A DNA stretch of 64,000 nucleotides from contig JBBRNJ010000001.1 in assembly GCA_038230375.1 (NCBI GenBank), forward strand, positions 224,001-288,000, given 5' to 3'. The translations under genes were made by a program, and so were the position numbers. This document shows, in pieces, positions 7,034-16,120 of the stretch; position 1 is the stretch's first letter; the number at the start of each line of letters is the position of its first letter. The notes under the pieces were generated by a model, which was not told the DNA's origin, did not search any database, and was given only the letters and a program-made list of their open reading frames with translations. The stretch is from Polyangiales bacterium. GTDB taxonomy: Bacteria; Myxococcota_A; Polyangia; Polyangiales; Polyangiaceae.

Positions 7034-8481
7034 TCCCGTATGGGAATAAACCCTCCGCGCCCGCTCGTCGAGGGTGTTGCGGACTGCGTGGGCCTCACGA
7101 CGGCGCTCGCGCTACCGCCGGGCCTGCGCACCGAAACGACGGGAGCGATCACGGGCTTGACCACGGCGCTCGCGCTGGGCGCTGCGGAAGGCAGCTCCGC
7201 CGGCCCGATGGACGCCGCACTGGCGGATGGGTTGCTCACGCCGGCAGGGCCTGCGGCGCTTGCGCTCGAGGGGGGCACGGCGCTGAGCGCATTGCCCGCA
7301 AGGCCGTCCGCTGCCGCGTTTCGCGACCTGGAGGTGATCGCGAACGCGCCCACTCCAAGCAGCGCAATCACGACAACCCCGATCCCGATGGTGATGGCGC
7401 GGCTACCGCTGGCGCTCTTCTTCTTCTCGCCCGCCGCGGTGGCCGAGGGCGCCGAGTGTGTCGCGCCCCACGCGTCACTGACGGCGATGGCTGGCTGCGA
7501 CTTTGCCGGCTGCGAGGTGTCCGAGAAGCTCATCATGCGTGGCCGCGGCTGCGTGCCGAGCATGACACCGATACGCGACGCGAGGCCCTTGTCCCGTGGA
7601 GATGCGTACGGCTCCAGATCCGCAGCGAGCTCGGCAAGGTTGGAGTAGCGCTTGTCGACGTCCTTCTGCAGGCAACGCATGACCGCGTTGCACAGCGCGT
7701 CGGGAAGATCCGGGCGGAACTCCTTCGGGCTGGGCGCATCTCCCTCCGCGATCTTGAAGACCAGCTCCGGCACGTTCTCGGCCTCGAACGGGACGCGGCC
7801 GGTGAAGAGCTCGAAGAGGATCACGCCGAGCGACCAGATGTCGGAGCGCTCGTCCACCTTCTTGGAAGAGCGCATCTGCTCTGGCGACATGTAGAGAGGT
7901 GACCCGAGCATCGACTGCGTACGCGTGAGCGTCATGGGCGTTCCGTCACTGCCGGTGGTGGGCGTGAGGGACTTGGAGACGCCGAAGTCCAGCACCTTGA
8001 CGAGCGGCGTGCCATCGAGCCCGAGCGTGAGAAACAGGTTCTGCGGCTTGAGGTCGCGATGGATGATCATGGAGGCGTGCGCCTCGGCGACGGCCTCGCT
8101 TGCCTGCAGAACGAAGCTGACCGCGTCCTCGATCCCGAGGACGGTGCGCTCCTTCATCACGGCGCCCAGGTCCTGTCCCTGCAGGAGTTCCATGACGATA
8201 TACGGCGCGCCGTCGTCCAGTCTGCCGACGTCGAGCACCTTGGCCACGTGCTCGCTCTTCAAGCGGACGACGGCACGACCCTCGTTGATGAAGCGGCTGA
8301 CCATCTCTTCGCTGTCCATCGCCGTGGGCAGCAGGAACTTGAGCGCGACCTCCTGGTCCAGGTCCAGATGCCTGGCGGCGACGACAATGCCCATGCCGCC
8401 CATGCCGAGCACGCGCTCCACGCGATACTTCTTCGCGAGCACGTCGCCTGCGCGGACCGGCGCGTGGGCAAAGAGATCCAT
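7030..8481 (-). CDS. Hanks-type Ser/Thr protein kinase with one TM helix
   Basis: LGMGGMG, VALK, HRDLKPQN, DFG, GSPLYMSPEQ, DIWSLG. Confidence 0.96.
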   Translation of the reverse strand: MDLFAHAPVRAGDVLAKKYRVERVLGMGGMGIVVAARHLDLDQEVALKFLLPTAMDSEEMVSRFINEGRAVVRLKSEHVAKVLDVGRLDDGAPYIVMELLQGQDLGAVMKERTVLGIEDAVSFVLQASEAVAEAHASMIIHRDLKPQNLFLTLGLDGTPLVKVLDFGVSKSLTPTTGSDGTPMTLTRTQSMLGSPLYMSPEQMRSSKKVDERSDIWSLGVILFELFTGRVPFEAENVPELVFKIAEGDAPSPKEFRPDLPDALCNAVMRCLQKDVDKRYSNLAELAADLEPYASPRDKGLASRIGVMLGTQPRPRMMSFSDTSQPAKSQPAIAVSDAWGATHSAPSATAAGEKKKSASGSRAITIGIGVVVIALLGVGAFAITSRSRNAAADGLAGNALSAVPPSSASAAGPAGVSNPSASAASIGPAELPSAAPSASAVVKPVIAPVVSVRRPGGSASAVVRPTQSATPSTSGRGGFIPIRE

Positions 8482-8507
8482 CGATTCCAGGTGATTCTAC
8501 ACCAGGG

Positions 8508-9575
8508 TCAGCGCGGGGCGCGGAGCTTCTTCTCGGCGGCTTCCTTGTCGCCACTGTAGCGCTCGATCGCGGTTTCCACGGAGATCTTGCCCTGCGCGAG
8601 CAGCCGCTCGAGCGCCATGTCCAGCGTCTGCATCCCGACGCTGCCGCCGGCCTGCATCGCGCTCGGGATCTGGAACGTCTTGCCGTCGCGGATCATCGCG
8701 GCGATGCCGCTGGTCCCGAGCAAGATCTCCTGCGCCGCAACGCGGCCCTTGCCATCCGCCGTGCGGAGCAGCTGCTGCGCGACGATGCCGATCAGGCTCT
8801 CGGCGAGCATGCCGCGAATCGCCGGCTGCTCGTCGAACGGGAACGAGTTGACGATGCGATCGATGGTGGCCGGCGCGCTGTTCGTGTGCACCGTTGCGAA
8901 GACCAGCACGCCATAGCTGGCGAGCTGCAGCGCGAGCTTCATGGTCTCCGTGCCGCGGAGCTCACCCACGAGCACCACGTTCGGATCCTCACGACCGGCC
9001 GCACGAATCGCTGCGGCGAAGCTGCCCGCATGCGCGCCGACCTCGCGATGGGTGACCTGCGCCTTCTCGGGCGTGTGCACGAACTCGACGGGGTCCTCGA
9101 CCGTGATGATGTGGCACGCCCGCGTCTGGTTGATGTGACGGATCATCGCCGCGAGCGTGGTGGACTTGCCGGAGCCGGTGGGCCCGGTCACCAGGATCAG
9201 GCCGGCATGGCGCTCCGCGAGCTTCCTGACGGCGTCCGGGCACGCCAGATCCTTGAGCGTGGGGATCTTCGTGGGGATGGTGCGGAACACCGCTCCAGGC
9301 CCCGTGGTCTTGTTGAAGTAGTTTGCGCGGAAGCGCGCCTTGTCGCCGTACGCGTGGGAGAAGTCGAGGTCGAGCTCGGCCTCGAACTTGTGCCGGAGGT
9401 CCTCCGACAAGAGCTCGAACAGCAGGCCACGCAGCTCCGCGAGCGAGAGGGGGTTGTCGCGCAAGGAGACCAGCTGACCGCGGATCCGGCCTGTGGGTGG
9501 ATGGCCAACGGCAAGGTGAAGATCGCTCCCGTTCTGCAGGAGCAGTGCGTCGAACAACATGTCGATCTGGGCCAT
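8508..9575 (-). CDS. pilT: PilT/PilU family type IV pilus ATPase
   Basis: GSDLHL, GPTGSGKST, TVEDPVE, REDPNVVLVGELR, TVHTN, GMQTLD. Confidence 0.9.
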   Translation of the reverse strand: MAQIDMLFDALLLQNGSDLHLAVGHPPTGRIRGQLVSLRDNPLSLAELRGLLFELLSEDLRHKFEAELDLDFSHAYGDKARFRANYFNKTTGPGAVFRTIPTKIPTLKDLACPDAVRKLAERHAGLILVTGPTGSGKSTTLAAMIRHINQTRACHIITVEDPVEFVHTPEKAQVTHREVGAHAGSFAAAIRAAGREDPNVVLVGELRGTETMKLALQLASYGVLVFATVHTNSAPATIDRIVNSFPFDEQPAIRGMLAESLIGIVAQQLLRTADGKGRVAAQEILLGTSGIAAMIRDGKTFQIPSAMQAGGSVGMQTLDMALERLLAQGKISVETAIERYSGDKEAAEKKLRAPR

Positions 9576-9579
9576 GGCT

Positions 9580-11523
9580 CTAGGTCCCTCCCCGCACGAG
9601 CGCGTCGAGCTCGTTCGGTGACTCGGAGGCCGCGCGTGCGTCGTCGAGCGACACACGGCGCGTCTTGACCAGGTCAGCAAGGGACTCGTCCAGACGAACG
9701 ATCCCGAGCGCCTTCCCGCGCTGCTGGAGGCTCGGGATCTGGAACGTCTTTGCGTCGCGGATGAGCGCAGACAGCGGCGGCGACGCCGGGAGCAGCTCCA
9801 GCGCCGCGTGCACCTGGGCGCGATCGGGGCTGGGGACAAGGCGCTGGCTGACGATGAGGCGGAGGCCCGCTGCGAGCGTCAACCGGACCTGCGGCTGATC
9901 GGCAGGCGGGAACAGATCGATGAGGCGGTCGATCGTCTTCGCGGCGCTCGGTGTGTTCATGGTGCCGAGCACCAGGTGTCCGGTCTCGCTCGCGGCAACG
10001 GCCATACGCACCGTCTCCACGTCGCGCAGCTCGCCAACGACGATCACGTCCGGATCTTCGCGGAGCGAGCCCTTCAGCGCGCTGCCGAACGATTGCGTGT
10101 GCGTCCCGACCTCGCGCTGGCTGATGAAGGCGCGCTTCCTGGGGTGGATGTGCTCGACGGGGTCCTCCACCGTGATGATGTGGTGGGTGGTGTTGCGGTT
10201 GAGCAGGTCGACAACGGCGGTGAGCGTGGTGGTCTTTCCGTGGCCGGTGGGCCCCGTGAACACGACGAGACCCTGATGATGGCTGGTAGCCTGCGCGACG
10301 CCGGGTGGAAGACCAAGGGACTCGATGGATGGCAGCTCGCGCGAGATGATCCGGAACACGGCCATGAGCCCGCCCTGATGACGAGCGACGTTCACGCGGA
10401 ACCGACCGTGCCGCGGGCTCTCGTACGCGAAGTCGCACGACCCGTCCTCGCGCAGCTGTGCCTTGAGGCGCGGCGGAATGAGTGGGCGCACGTTGGCCTC
10501 GACCAGCGCTGGTGCGAGCACCTCCCCGATCGGACGCAGCTCGCCGGCGATCCGGAAGAGGACTGGACGGCCAGCGATGATCAAGAGGTCGCTGGCGAGC
10601 TGACGACGCGCCTCGAAGAGGATCGATTCGAACATCGCGCCGCCATCCGGCGGAGGCGGTGAGATGGACGCCACCGCAGAGACCGCCGGTCCGTCGGCAG
10701 GCTGCGCGACCATCACGGGAGGAGCGATCACGGGAGGTGCGATCACGGGAGGAGCGATCACGGGAGGTGCGATCACGGGAGGAGCGACCACGGGCGGCGG
10801 TGTGGGAGCTGCGGCTGGCGTGGCGAGCTCCGTCTTCGCCATGGCGCGCGGCGACGAATCCCCTCGGGTGACGGTGGGCGAAGGCGTGGGCGTGGCGTGG
10901 CGGTTCAGCGACGCACCGATCTGCTCGGACCGCGCGGACGGCGCAGGCACAGCGATCGGACGAGCGTCACGTGTGGCGATCGCGGCATCGGATGGCGCCG
11001 CCAGACCGGGCTTTGTCGGAAGCTTCGGTGGCTCGTCAGGGTCATCGCGCCGCACCGTTTTGGGTACGACCTTCGCCTCGACCCTGGCCTCGATCTTCAC
11101 CTCGGGCTGTGTCTCGGCCTGCGCCTTCCGGTCGACCTTGGCCTCGATCTTCACCTCGGGCTTGGCCTCGACCTTCGCCTCGACCTTGGCGGCGGGCTTG
11201 GCATCGGGCTTCACATCGCGCTTGGAGACCGTGATCTTCGCCTGGATCTCCTGACCCCGCTGCAACGCGGAGAGCCCGACCACGCCGAAGCCCATCACGC
11301 GCGACGTCCACTGCTTCGGGGTGGACCCCAGATCCTCGACGTAGCGGCTCCCGCCAAGCGCCATGAGCAGCGTGAGGATGTCGTCGCCGGTGAGCTTCGT
11401 TTCCATGACGGGGTCGAGCGCAACCCCTGCGCGCGCCGCCGGCCGTCTGTCGCTTACGAGAACCAGCTCCGACACTTCAGGGATGTCAAAGGACTTCAGC
11501 AGCTCATCCAAGAATTTGGTCAC
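9580..11523 (-). CDS. PilT/PilU family ATPase with long N-terminal extension
   Basis: GPTGHGKTT, TVEDPVE, LREDPDVIVVGELRD, ASETGHLV; ~295-aa N-terminal region with Pro/Ala/Lys-rich linker. Confidence 0.88.
   Translation of the reverse strand: MTKFLDELLKSFDIPEVSELVLVSDRRPAARAGVALDPVMETKLTGDDILTLLMALGGSRYVEDLGSTPKQWTSRVMGFGVVGLSALQRGQEIQAKITVSKRDVKPDAKPAAKVEAKVEAKPEVKIEAKVDRKAQAETQPEVKIEARVEAKVVPKTVRRDDPDEPPKLPTKPGLAAPSDAAIATRDARPIAVPAPSARSEQIGASLNRHATPTPSPTVTRGDSSPRAMAKTELATPAAAPTPPPVVAPPVIAPPVIAPPVIAPPVIAPPVMVAQPADGPAVSAVASISPPPPDGGAMFESILFEARRQLASDLLIIAGRPVLFRIAGELRPIGEVLAPALVEANVRPLIPPRLKAQLREDGSCDFAYESPRHGRFRVNVARHQGGLMAVFRIISRELPSIESLGLPPGVAQATSHHQGLVVFTGPTGHGKTTTLTAVVDLLNRNTTHHIITVEDPVEHIHPRKRAFISQREVGTHTQSFGSALKGSLREDPDVIVVGELRDVETVRMAVAASETGHLVLGTMNTPSAAKTIDRLIDLFPPADQPQVRLTLAAGLRLIVSQRLVPSPDRAQVHAALELLPASPPLSALIRDAKTFQIPSLQQRGKALGIVRLDESLADLVKTRRVSLDDARAASESPNELDALVRGGT
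10712..10786. repeat. 15-bp tandem repeat x5 (APPVI coding)
   Basis: ATCACGGGAGG(A/T)GCG units alternating A and T variants. Confidence 0.9.
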
Positions 11524-11535
11524 GACCGGTCGATC

Positions 11536-12846
11536 TTACATGGGTCGGTACCACTTGTCTCGGGCCCGCGGCCCGCTGCTCGTCGCAACGAGCGGGACAC
11601 CAAGGCGTGCGGCGACATCCTCTGCGTAGGTCGCGCGGTCGAAGGAAGACAGCCTAGGCGTCACGTCTGCGAGCGCGCGGGAAAGGCGCTCTTGATGCAG
11701 CAAATCGGCGGGCCGAACCACGCGAAGCTCGCCGCGAGCGTCCCACATCGTCTCATCCGTGCCGTCGTACCCATCGCAGACCGGGACGCGCTCACCCAGA
11801 AGAGCGAGCCGATCGAGGTTCGAGATGAGAAGGCCGTCCACACGACCGAGCACGCGAAGGGCGTACCTTGTCGCGACGAGATCGAGCGGTCCGCTGCGAA
11901 ACGAGCCTTGCCACTCACCCCATTGGTTGTGATCGTGCGCGGACAGCGCGCTCCACGAAGGCATTGCGGTCACCATGGGGCCAGCGCCATGACGTGTGGT
12001 GTAGGCCCGCAGCACGCCCAGGCGCAGCACCTTGCCGTCGAAGCCCGCGAGCAGATCCTCGGCGTTCCTCCATGTGATGTCAGTCCATGTCGTGTAGGGG
12101 TGAAAACCCAGGTCCTGGTCGAGCAGGACACCTTGCGCGCCCTCGAACACGACGTGGCCCGGCCCCGCGAGCACGCCCGCGAGCAGCTCCGGCCCGACGA
12201 TGCGAGCCGTACGAACGAACGCCTGGTAGCGCTCGAGCGCAAGGTCGACCATCGCCGGATCCGCCAGGAGAGAGAGCTCGCGCTCCACGGCCTCGTGCTC
12301 GGGAAGAGTGAGAGAGCGCGCGGCGACGAGCTTGCGCATGCGCACCGCGTCGAGGAGTCGTCGCGCCTTGTCCGGCTCCTCGAGATCGCCCACGCGAAGG
12401 ACGTCGTCCATGCCGTCCACCACGTCCTTCATCGTGTCGCCGATGCCCATGCCGCAGCTGCCGTGGCGTTGCGTGCGGGCCATCTCGCGCAGGCGGTTCA
12501 TGGCCACGTGGAACGGCGTCGTGATGACGGCGCCGCGCTCCACGTGCAGAAGAGAGAGCGGATCACGAACGCCCACGTTTGTAAGCTTCTTCGCCTCCGC
12601 CAGCGCGAAGATTGGATTCACCAGCACGTGCCGCGAGAGCAGCGTGGGCACGCCATTGAACGTGCCGCTCCCCCACTGCGCGAAGGTATGGTGACGCTCG
12701 CCCGACACGACGTTGTGCGCGGCCTGCGCGCCCCCGTTGTACCGGACGACCAACCCCGCACCTTCGCGCTGCGAGAGAGAGTCCACGAACGTGCCTTTTC
12801 CTTCGTCACCGAAGCCGAGACCGCACGTGAGCGTCACCCTGGCCAT
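11536..12846 (-). CDS. Divergent adenylosuccinate synthetase-like protein
   Basis: GLGFGDEGKG, VRYNGGAQAAHNV, VFEGAQGVLLD, HPYTTWT, RAYTTRHGAGP. Confidence 0.85.
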   Translation of the reverse strand: MARVTLTCGLGFGDEGKGTFVDSLSQREGAGLVVRYNGGAQAAHNVVSGERHHTFAQWGSGTFNGVPTLLSRHVLVNPIFALAEAKKLTNVGVRDPLSLLHVERGAVITTPFHVAMNRLREMARTQRHGSCGMGIGDTMKDVVDGMDDVLRVGDLEEPDKARRLLDAVRMRKLVAARSLTLPEHEAVERELSLLADPAMVDLALERYQAFVRTARIVGPELLAGVLAGPGHVVFEGAQGVLLDQDLGFHPYTTWTDITWRNAEDLLAGFDGKVLRLGVLRAYTTRHGAGPMVTAMPSWSALSAHDHNQWGEWQGSFRSGPLDLVATRYALRVLGRVDGLLISNLDRLALLGERVPVCDGYDGTDETMWDARGELRVVRPADLLHQERLSRALADVTPRLSSFDRATYAEDVAARLGVPLVATSSGPRARDKWYRPM

Positions 12847-12848
12847 GG

Positions 12849-13853
12849 CTACAGCCTCCCCGTTCGCTCGGTGGGTGAGGCGCCGCGCCTCGCGGTCGGG
12901 AGGGCGCCCTTCGCAACCGTGGCGAGCGCGGTCTTTGCGGCCAGCTGGGCAAGCGCGCCCGCGACGCCCAGCGCGACGTCCGCCGGAACTCCTCCATCCG
13001 TGAGATCGCCTGCGAGCGCATCCACGTTCGCCGTCCCCTCGCAGAGCCCGATCGCAAGGCCGATCGCCTCGCACACGCCCTCCGCGTCCGGAAGCATGAG
13101 CACGTTCTCCATGCCCAGGAGCGACTGCCACCGCTCGGCAAGCGCGGGGTCCGACCCATGGCTCGCGCCGTTCGGGATGATGAAGAACACGTGGTAGCGC
13201 TCGCGCGCCTCGCGGATGATCTTCTCGATGGGGATCGGCGCGGTCACGTCGTCACCGACGATCTTGGAGAGCTCCGCGACGCTCGCCTCCTTGTAGGGCA
13301 TCTCGTCGCCGATCAGGAACAGGTAGCCCTTCTTCTTGCGCTTGTCGAAGCAGTCGATGCTGGTGTGGCGCGCGAAGAAGTAGAGCGGGAGCTGGTAGCT
13401 CTCCTCGTAGGTACCTCCGCCGCCGCCCTCCAGGTAGAGGCGCCCAAGGTCGTCATCCATCTCGATGCCGCTCTCGAACTGCCCGACCTGCAGCGGCACG
13501 CGATCCGAGTTGTGGTCGCCCACGGCGCCGAACAAGATCTGTGGGTCCTGCACGTATCCCTTCCGTGACAGGAGACCCATGAGCTGCGGCAGCTTCTTCT
13601 GCAGCGTGACGGGAATGCCGCCCATCGAGCCCGTCACGTCGAACACCACGCCGATCGCGACCGAATTCGGATGCGTATCCGAGTCGCGCGACTCGCGGGT
13701 CTTGCCGCGCGGGTCCATCATCGGGTGCGCGGCCTTCTTCGCCTTCGGGTCTGCCCGCAGGCTCGCGTCGTAGACGAACGCGCTCTTGCCGGTGCTCTTC
13801 CGAAAGGCCTCGCGGTCCGCGTAGAAATCGTCACTCCAGTGGCTTCCACCCAT
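12849..13853 (-). CDS. vWA-like domain protein
   Basis: IGVVFDVTGSM (MIDAS-like), GAVGD, EGGGGG..EESY, FLIGDE. Confidence 0.8.
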   Translation of the reverse strand: MGGSHWSDDFYADREAFRKSTGKSAFVYDASLRADPKAKKAAHPMMDPRGKTRESRDSDTHPNSVAIGVVFDVTGSMGGIPVTLQKKLPQLMGLLSRKGYVQDPQILFGAVGDHNSDRVPLQVGQFESGIEMDDDLGRLYLEGGGGGTYEESYQLPLYFFARHTSIDCFDKRKKKGYLFLIGDEMPYKEASVAELSKIVGDDVTAPIPIEKIIREARERYHVFFIIPNGASHGSDPALAERWQSLLGMENVLMLPDAEGVCEAIGLAIGLCEGTANVDALAGDLTDGGVPADVALGVAGALAQLAAKTALATVAKGALPTARRGASPTERTGRL

Positions 13854-13887
13854 GACATGCCTCCTTCTATTTCTTCTCTGTTCAGAC

Positions 13888-14940
13888 TCACTCCGGCAGC
13901 AACAGCGGCCGGTAGACGGGCTTGCCGAGGAGCCTCGTCGCCAATCGATCGAGCTCCTCATGCAGCACCCATGCATCATCGGGGCGACGCGCGAGCTTCT
14001 CGTGCGTGCACGTCGCCAGGAAATCGCGCAGCTCCCGTGGAGCACTGGCGGGCAGGAGCCACGTCAGCGTCTTCGCCGCCATGAACACGTCGGTTCCGGG
14101 TTCGGCCGGCTCGCCCCTCAGCACTTCTCCCGGATAGAGCGCGCGGTGCGCGGGTGACAGCGCCGGGATCTTCTCGCCGCGCGGCACCGCGTAGCAGAAG
14201 TCCGTGAGCACCGCGCCGTGCGTTAGCGGATGCACAAGCACATGCAGCGGGAGCACCGCGCCGTGCACGAACCCGCGGGTGTGCACGAAACCCAGCACGG
14301 ACAGGAGCCGCTTTGCGATCCACACGACGTCGCGCACATCCACATGGCCGCGCACCAGCGTGAGAGCGCGATGCTCTCCGAACAGCGGCATCACGTTCGC
14401 GCGCCGCCCGTCCTCCATCGTCATGGAGTCCAGCAACGCGGGCAGCTGCTGCAGAAACCGCGGTGCAGTCTTCTCCTTCCCGAAGAGCGCGCGGAGCGTT
14501 GTGGCCTCCGCATCGAGCAGATCGTTGTCGTCGGCGCTGCGTGCGACCTTCAGGAGCACGCGGGGGTTTTCGGGATCGTCGCCGTCGGCCGGGTAGAGCT
14601 CGCACACGTCGCCTTCGATCACCGGGCCCAGCGTGTTGTACATGCGCCGCTTCGTGCGGATGGTCGCGCGCTCACCCACGGGCAGTCCGTCGCCGTAGAG
14701 CCCCAGCTCGATCTTGTACTCCGCCGCGCGGCGGAGCGCGTTCACGCGGACAAGACCGCGGGTCGCCGCATCACGCTCGCGGTCGCTGGCGCGGTCGGGG
14801 TGAATGACGTGTGCGAGCTCGCGGTAGCGGTGCGACAGCGTCCCCAGCTTGTCCGCGCGGGTGCCGGCGAGCGCTCCGAACAGCTCTTCGGGCGCGCTGG
14901 CATGAAGGGCCCTCTCTATCTGCCGTGCCGCGGTGCTCAT
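13888..14940 (-). CDS. J-domain-like + kinase-like (probable pseudokinase) protein
   Basis: YRELAHVIHPDR (HPD), VLLKVA, L..EA..L, GFVHGAVLPLHV, LTDF, TDVF. Confidence 0.75.
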   Translation of the reverse strand: MSTAARQIERALHASAPEELFGALAGTRADKLGTLSHRYRELAHVIHPDRASDRERDAATRGLVRVNALRRAAEYKIELGLYGDGLPVGERATIRTKRRMYNTLGPVIEGDVCELYPADGDDPENPRVLLKVARSADDNDLLDAEATTLRALFGKEKTAPRFLQQLPALLDSMTMEDGRRANVMPLFGEHRALTLVRGHVDVRDVVWIAKRLLSVLGFVHTRGFVHGAVLPLHVLVHPLTHGAVLTDFCYAVPRGEKIPALSPAHRALYPGEVLRGEPAEPGTDVFMAAKTLTWLLPASAPRELRDFLATCTHEKLARRPDDAWVLHEELDRLATRLLGKPVYRPLLLPE

Positions 14941-14959
14941 ACGAGAGAACATGGGACTC

Positions 14960-14976
14960 CTTGATAAAGTGTCAAG
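14960..14976 (-). promoter_or_regulatory. Palindromic operator overlapping a TTGACA -35 element
   Basis: CTTGATA-AAG-TGTCAAG; minus strand reads TTGACA-16nt-CATGTT-7nt-ATG14940. Confidence 0.55.
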
Positions 14977-15009
14977 TACTTTTTCTGTGGGTTGGTGTAT
15001 GTTGGGCGC

Positions 15010-16119
15010 ATGAGAACGCGCGCTGCCGTCGCCTACGAACCGAACAAGCCTCTGGTGATCGAGACCGTGGACCTGGAAGGGCCCAAGGCCGGTGAGGTGC
15101 TCGTCGAGATCAAGGCGACCGGCATCTGCCACACCGACGAGTTCACGCGCTCAGGCGGTGACCCCGAGGGGCTCTTCCCGGTCGTCTTCGGTCACGAAGG
15201 CGCTGGTGTCGTGGTGGACGTAGGGCCGGGCGTCACGACTTTGGAGATGGGTGACCACGTCATTCCGCTCTACACGCCGGAGTGTCGCGCGTGCAAATCG
15301 TGCCTCTCGCAGAAGACGAACCTGTGTACGGCCATTCGCGCCACGCAGGGCAAGGGCGTGATGCCGGACGGGACGTCGCGCTTCTCCATCGGCGGCAAGA
15401 AGATCCACCACTACATGGGCTGCTCGACGTTCGCGAACCACACGGTCCTTCCGGAGATCGCGCTCGCGAAGGTCCGCAAGGACGCCCCATTCGAGAAGAT
15501 CTGTTACATCGGCTGCGGCGTCACCACGGGCCTGGGCGCGGTGTTCAACACGGCGAAGGTGGAGCCGGGCGCCAACGTCGTCATCTTCGGCCTTGGCGGC
15601 ATCGGCCTGAACGTGGTGCAGGGCGCGCGCATCGCCGGCGCGGACATGATCGTTGGCGTGGACCTCAATCCCAAGCGCGAGGCCCTGGCGCGCAAGTTCG
15701 GCCTCACGCACTTCGTGAACCCGAAGGACGTGAAGGGCGACCTGGTCGCGCACCTGGTGGAGCTCACGAAGGGCGGCGCGGACTACAGTTTCGAGTGCGT
15801 GGGCAACGTGGACCTCATGCGCCAGGCGCTGGAGTGCTGCCACCGCGGCTGGGGCGAGTCGATCATCATCGGCGTGGCCGCAGCGGGCCAGGAGGTGAAG
15901 ACGCGTCCGTTCCAGCTGGTCACCGGGCGCGTGTGGAAGGGTACTGCGTTCGGCGGCGCGCGAGGCCGCACCGAAGTGCCCAAGATCGTCGACTGGTACA
16001 TGGACAAGAAGATCGACATCGACACCATGATCACGCACACGCTGCCGCTCGAGCGCATCAACGAGGCATTCGATCTGATGCACTCGGGCGACTCGATCCG
16101 CACGGTGGTCACGTTCTGA
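15010..16119 (+). CDS. frmA: S-(hydroxymethyl)glutathione dehydrogenase / class III alcohol dehydrogenase
   Basis: [39 protein letters not shown]. Confidence 0.95.
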   Translation: MRTRAAVAYEPNKPLVIETVDLEGPKAGEVLVEIKATGICHTDEFTRSGGDPEGLFPVVFGHEGAGVVVDVGPGVTTLEMGDHVIPLYTPECRACKSCLSQKTNLCTAIRATQGKGVMPDGTSRFSIGGKKIHHYMGCSTFANHTVLPEIALAKVRKDAPFEKICYIGCGVTTGLGAVFNTAKVEPGANVVIFGLGGIGLNVVQGARIAGADMIVGVDLNPKREALARKFGLTHFVNPKDVKGDLVAHLVELTKGGADYSFECVGNVDLMRQALECCHRGWGESIIIGVAAAGQEVKTRPFQLVTGRVWKGTAFGGARGRTEVPKIVDWYMDKKIDIDTMITHTLPLERINEAFDLMHSGDSIRTVVTF

Positions 16120-16120
16120 C

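Noticed and set aside
11536..12846. PurZ (2-aminoadenine pathway) call
   Set aside because: It retains Asp in GDEGKG and has no phage, dATPase or polymerase context
14961..14975. FNR/CRP box
   Set aside because: Spacing is TTGAT-N5-GTCAA rather than TTGAT-N4-ATCAA
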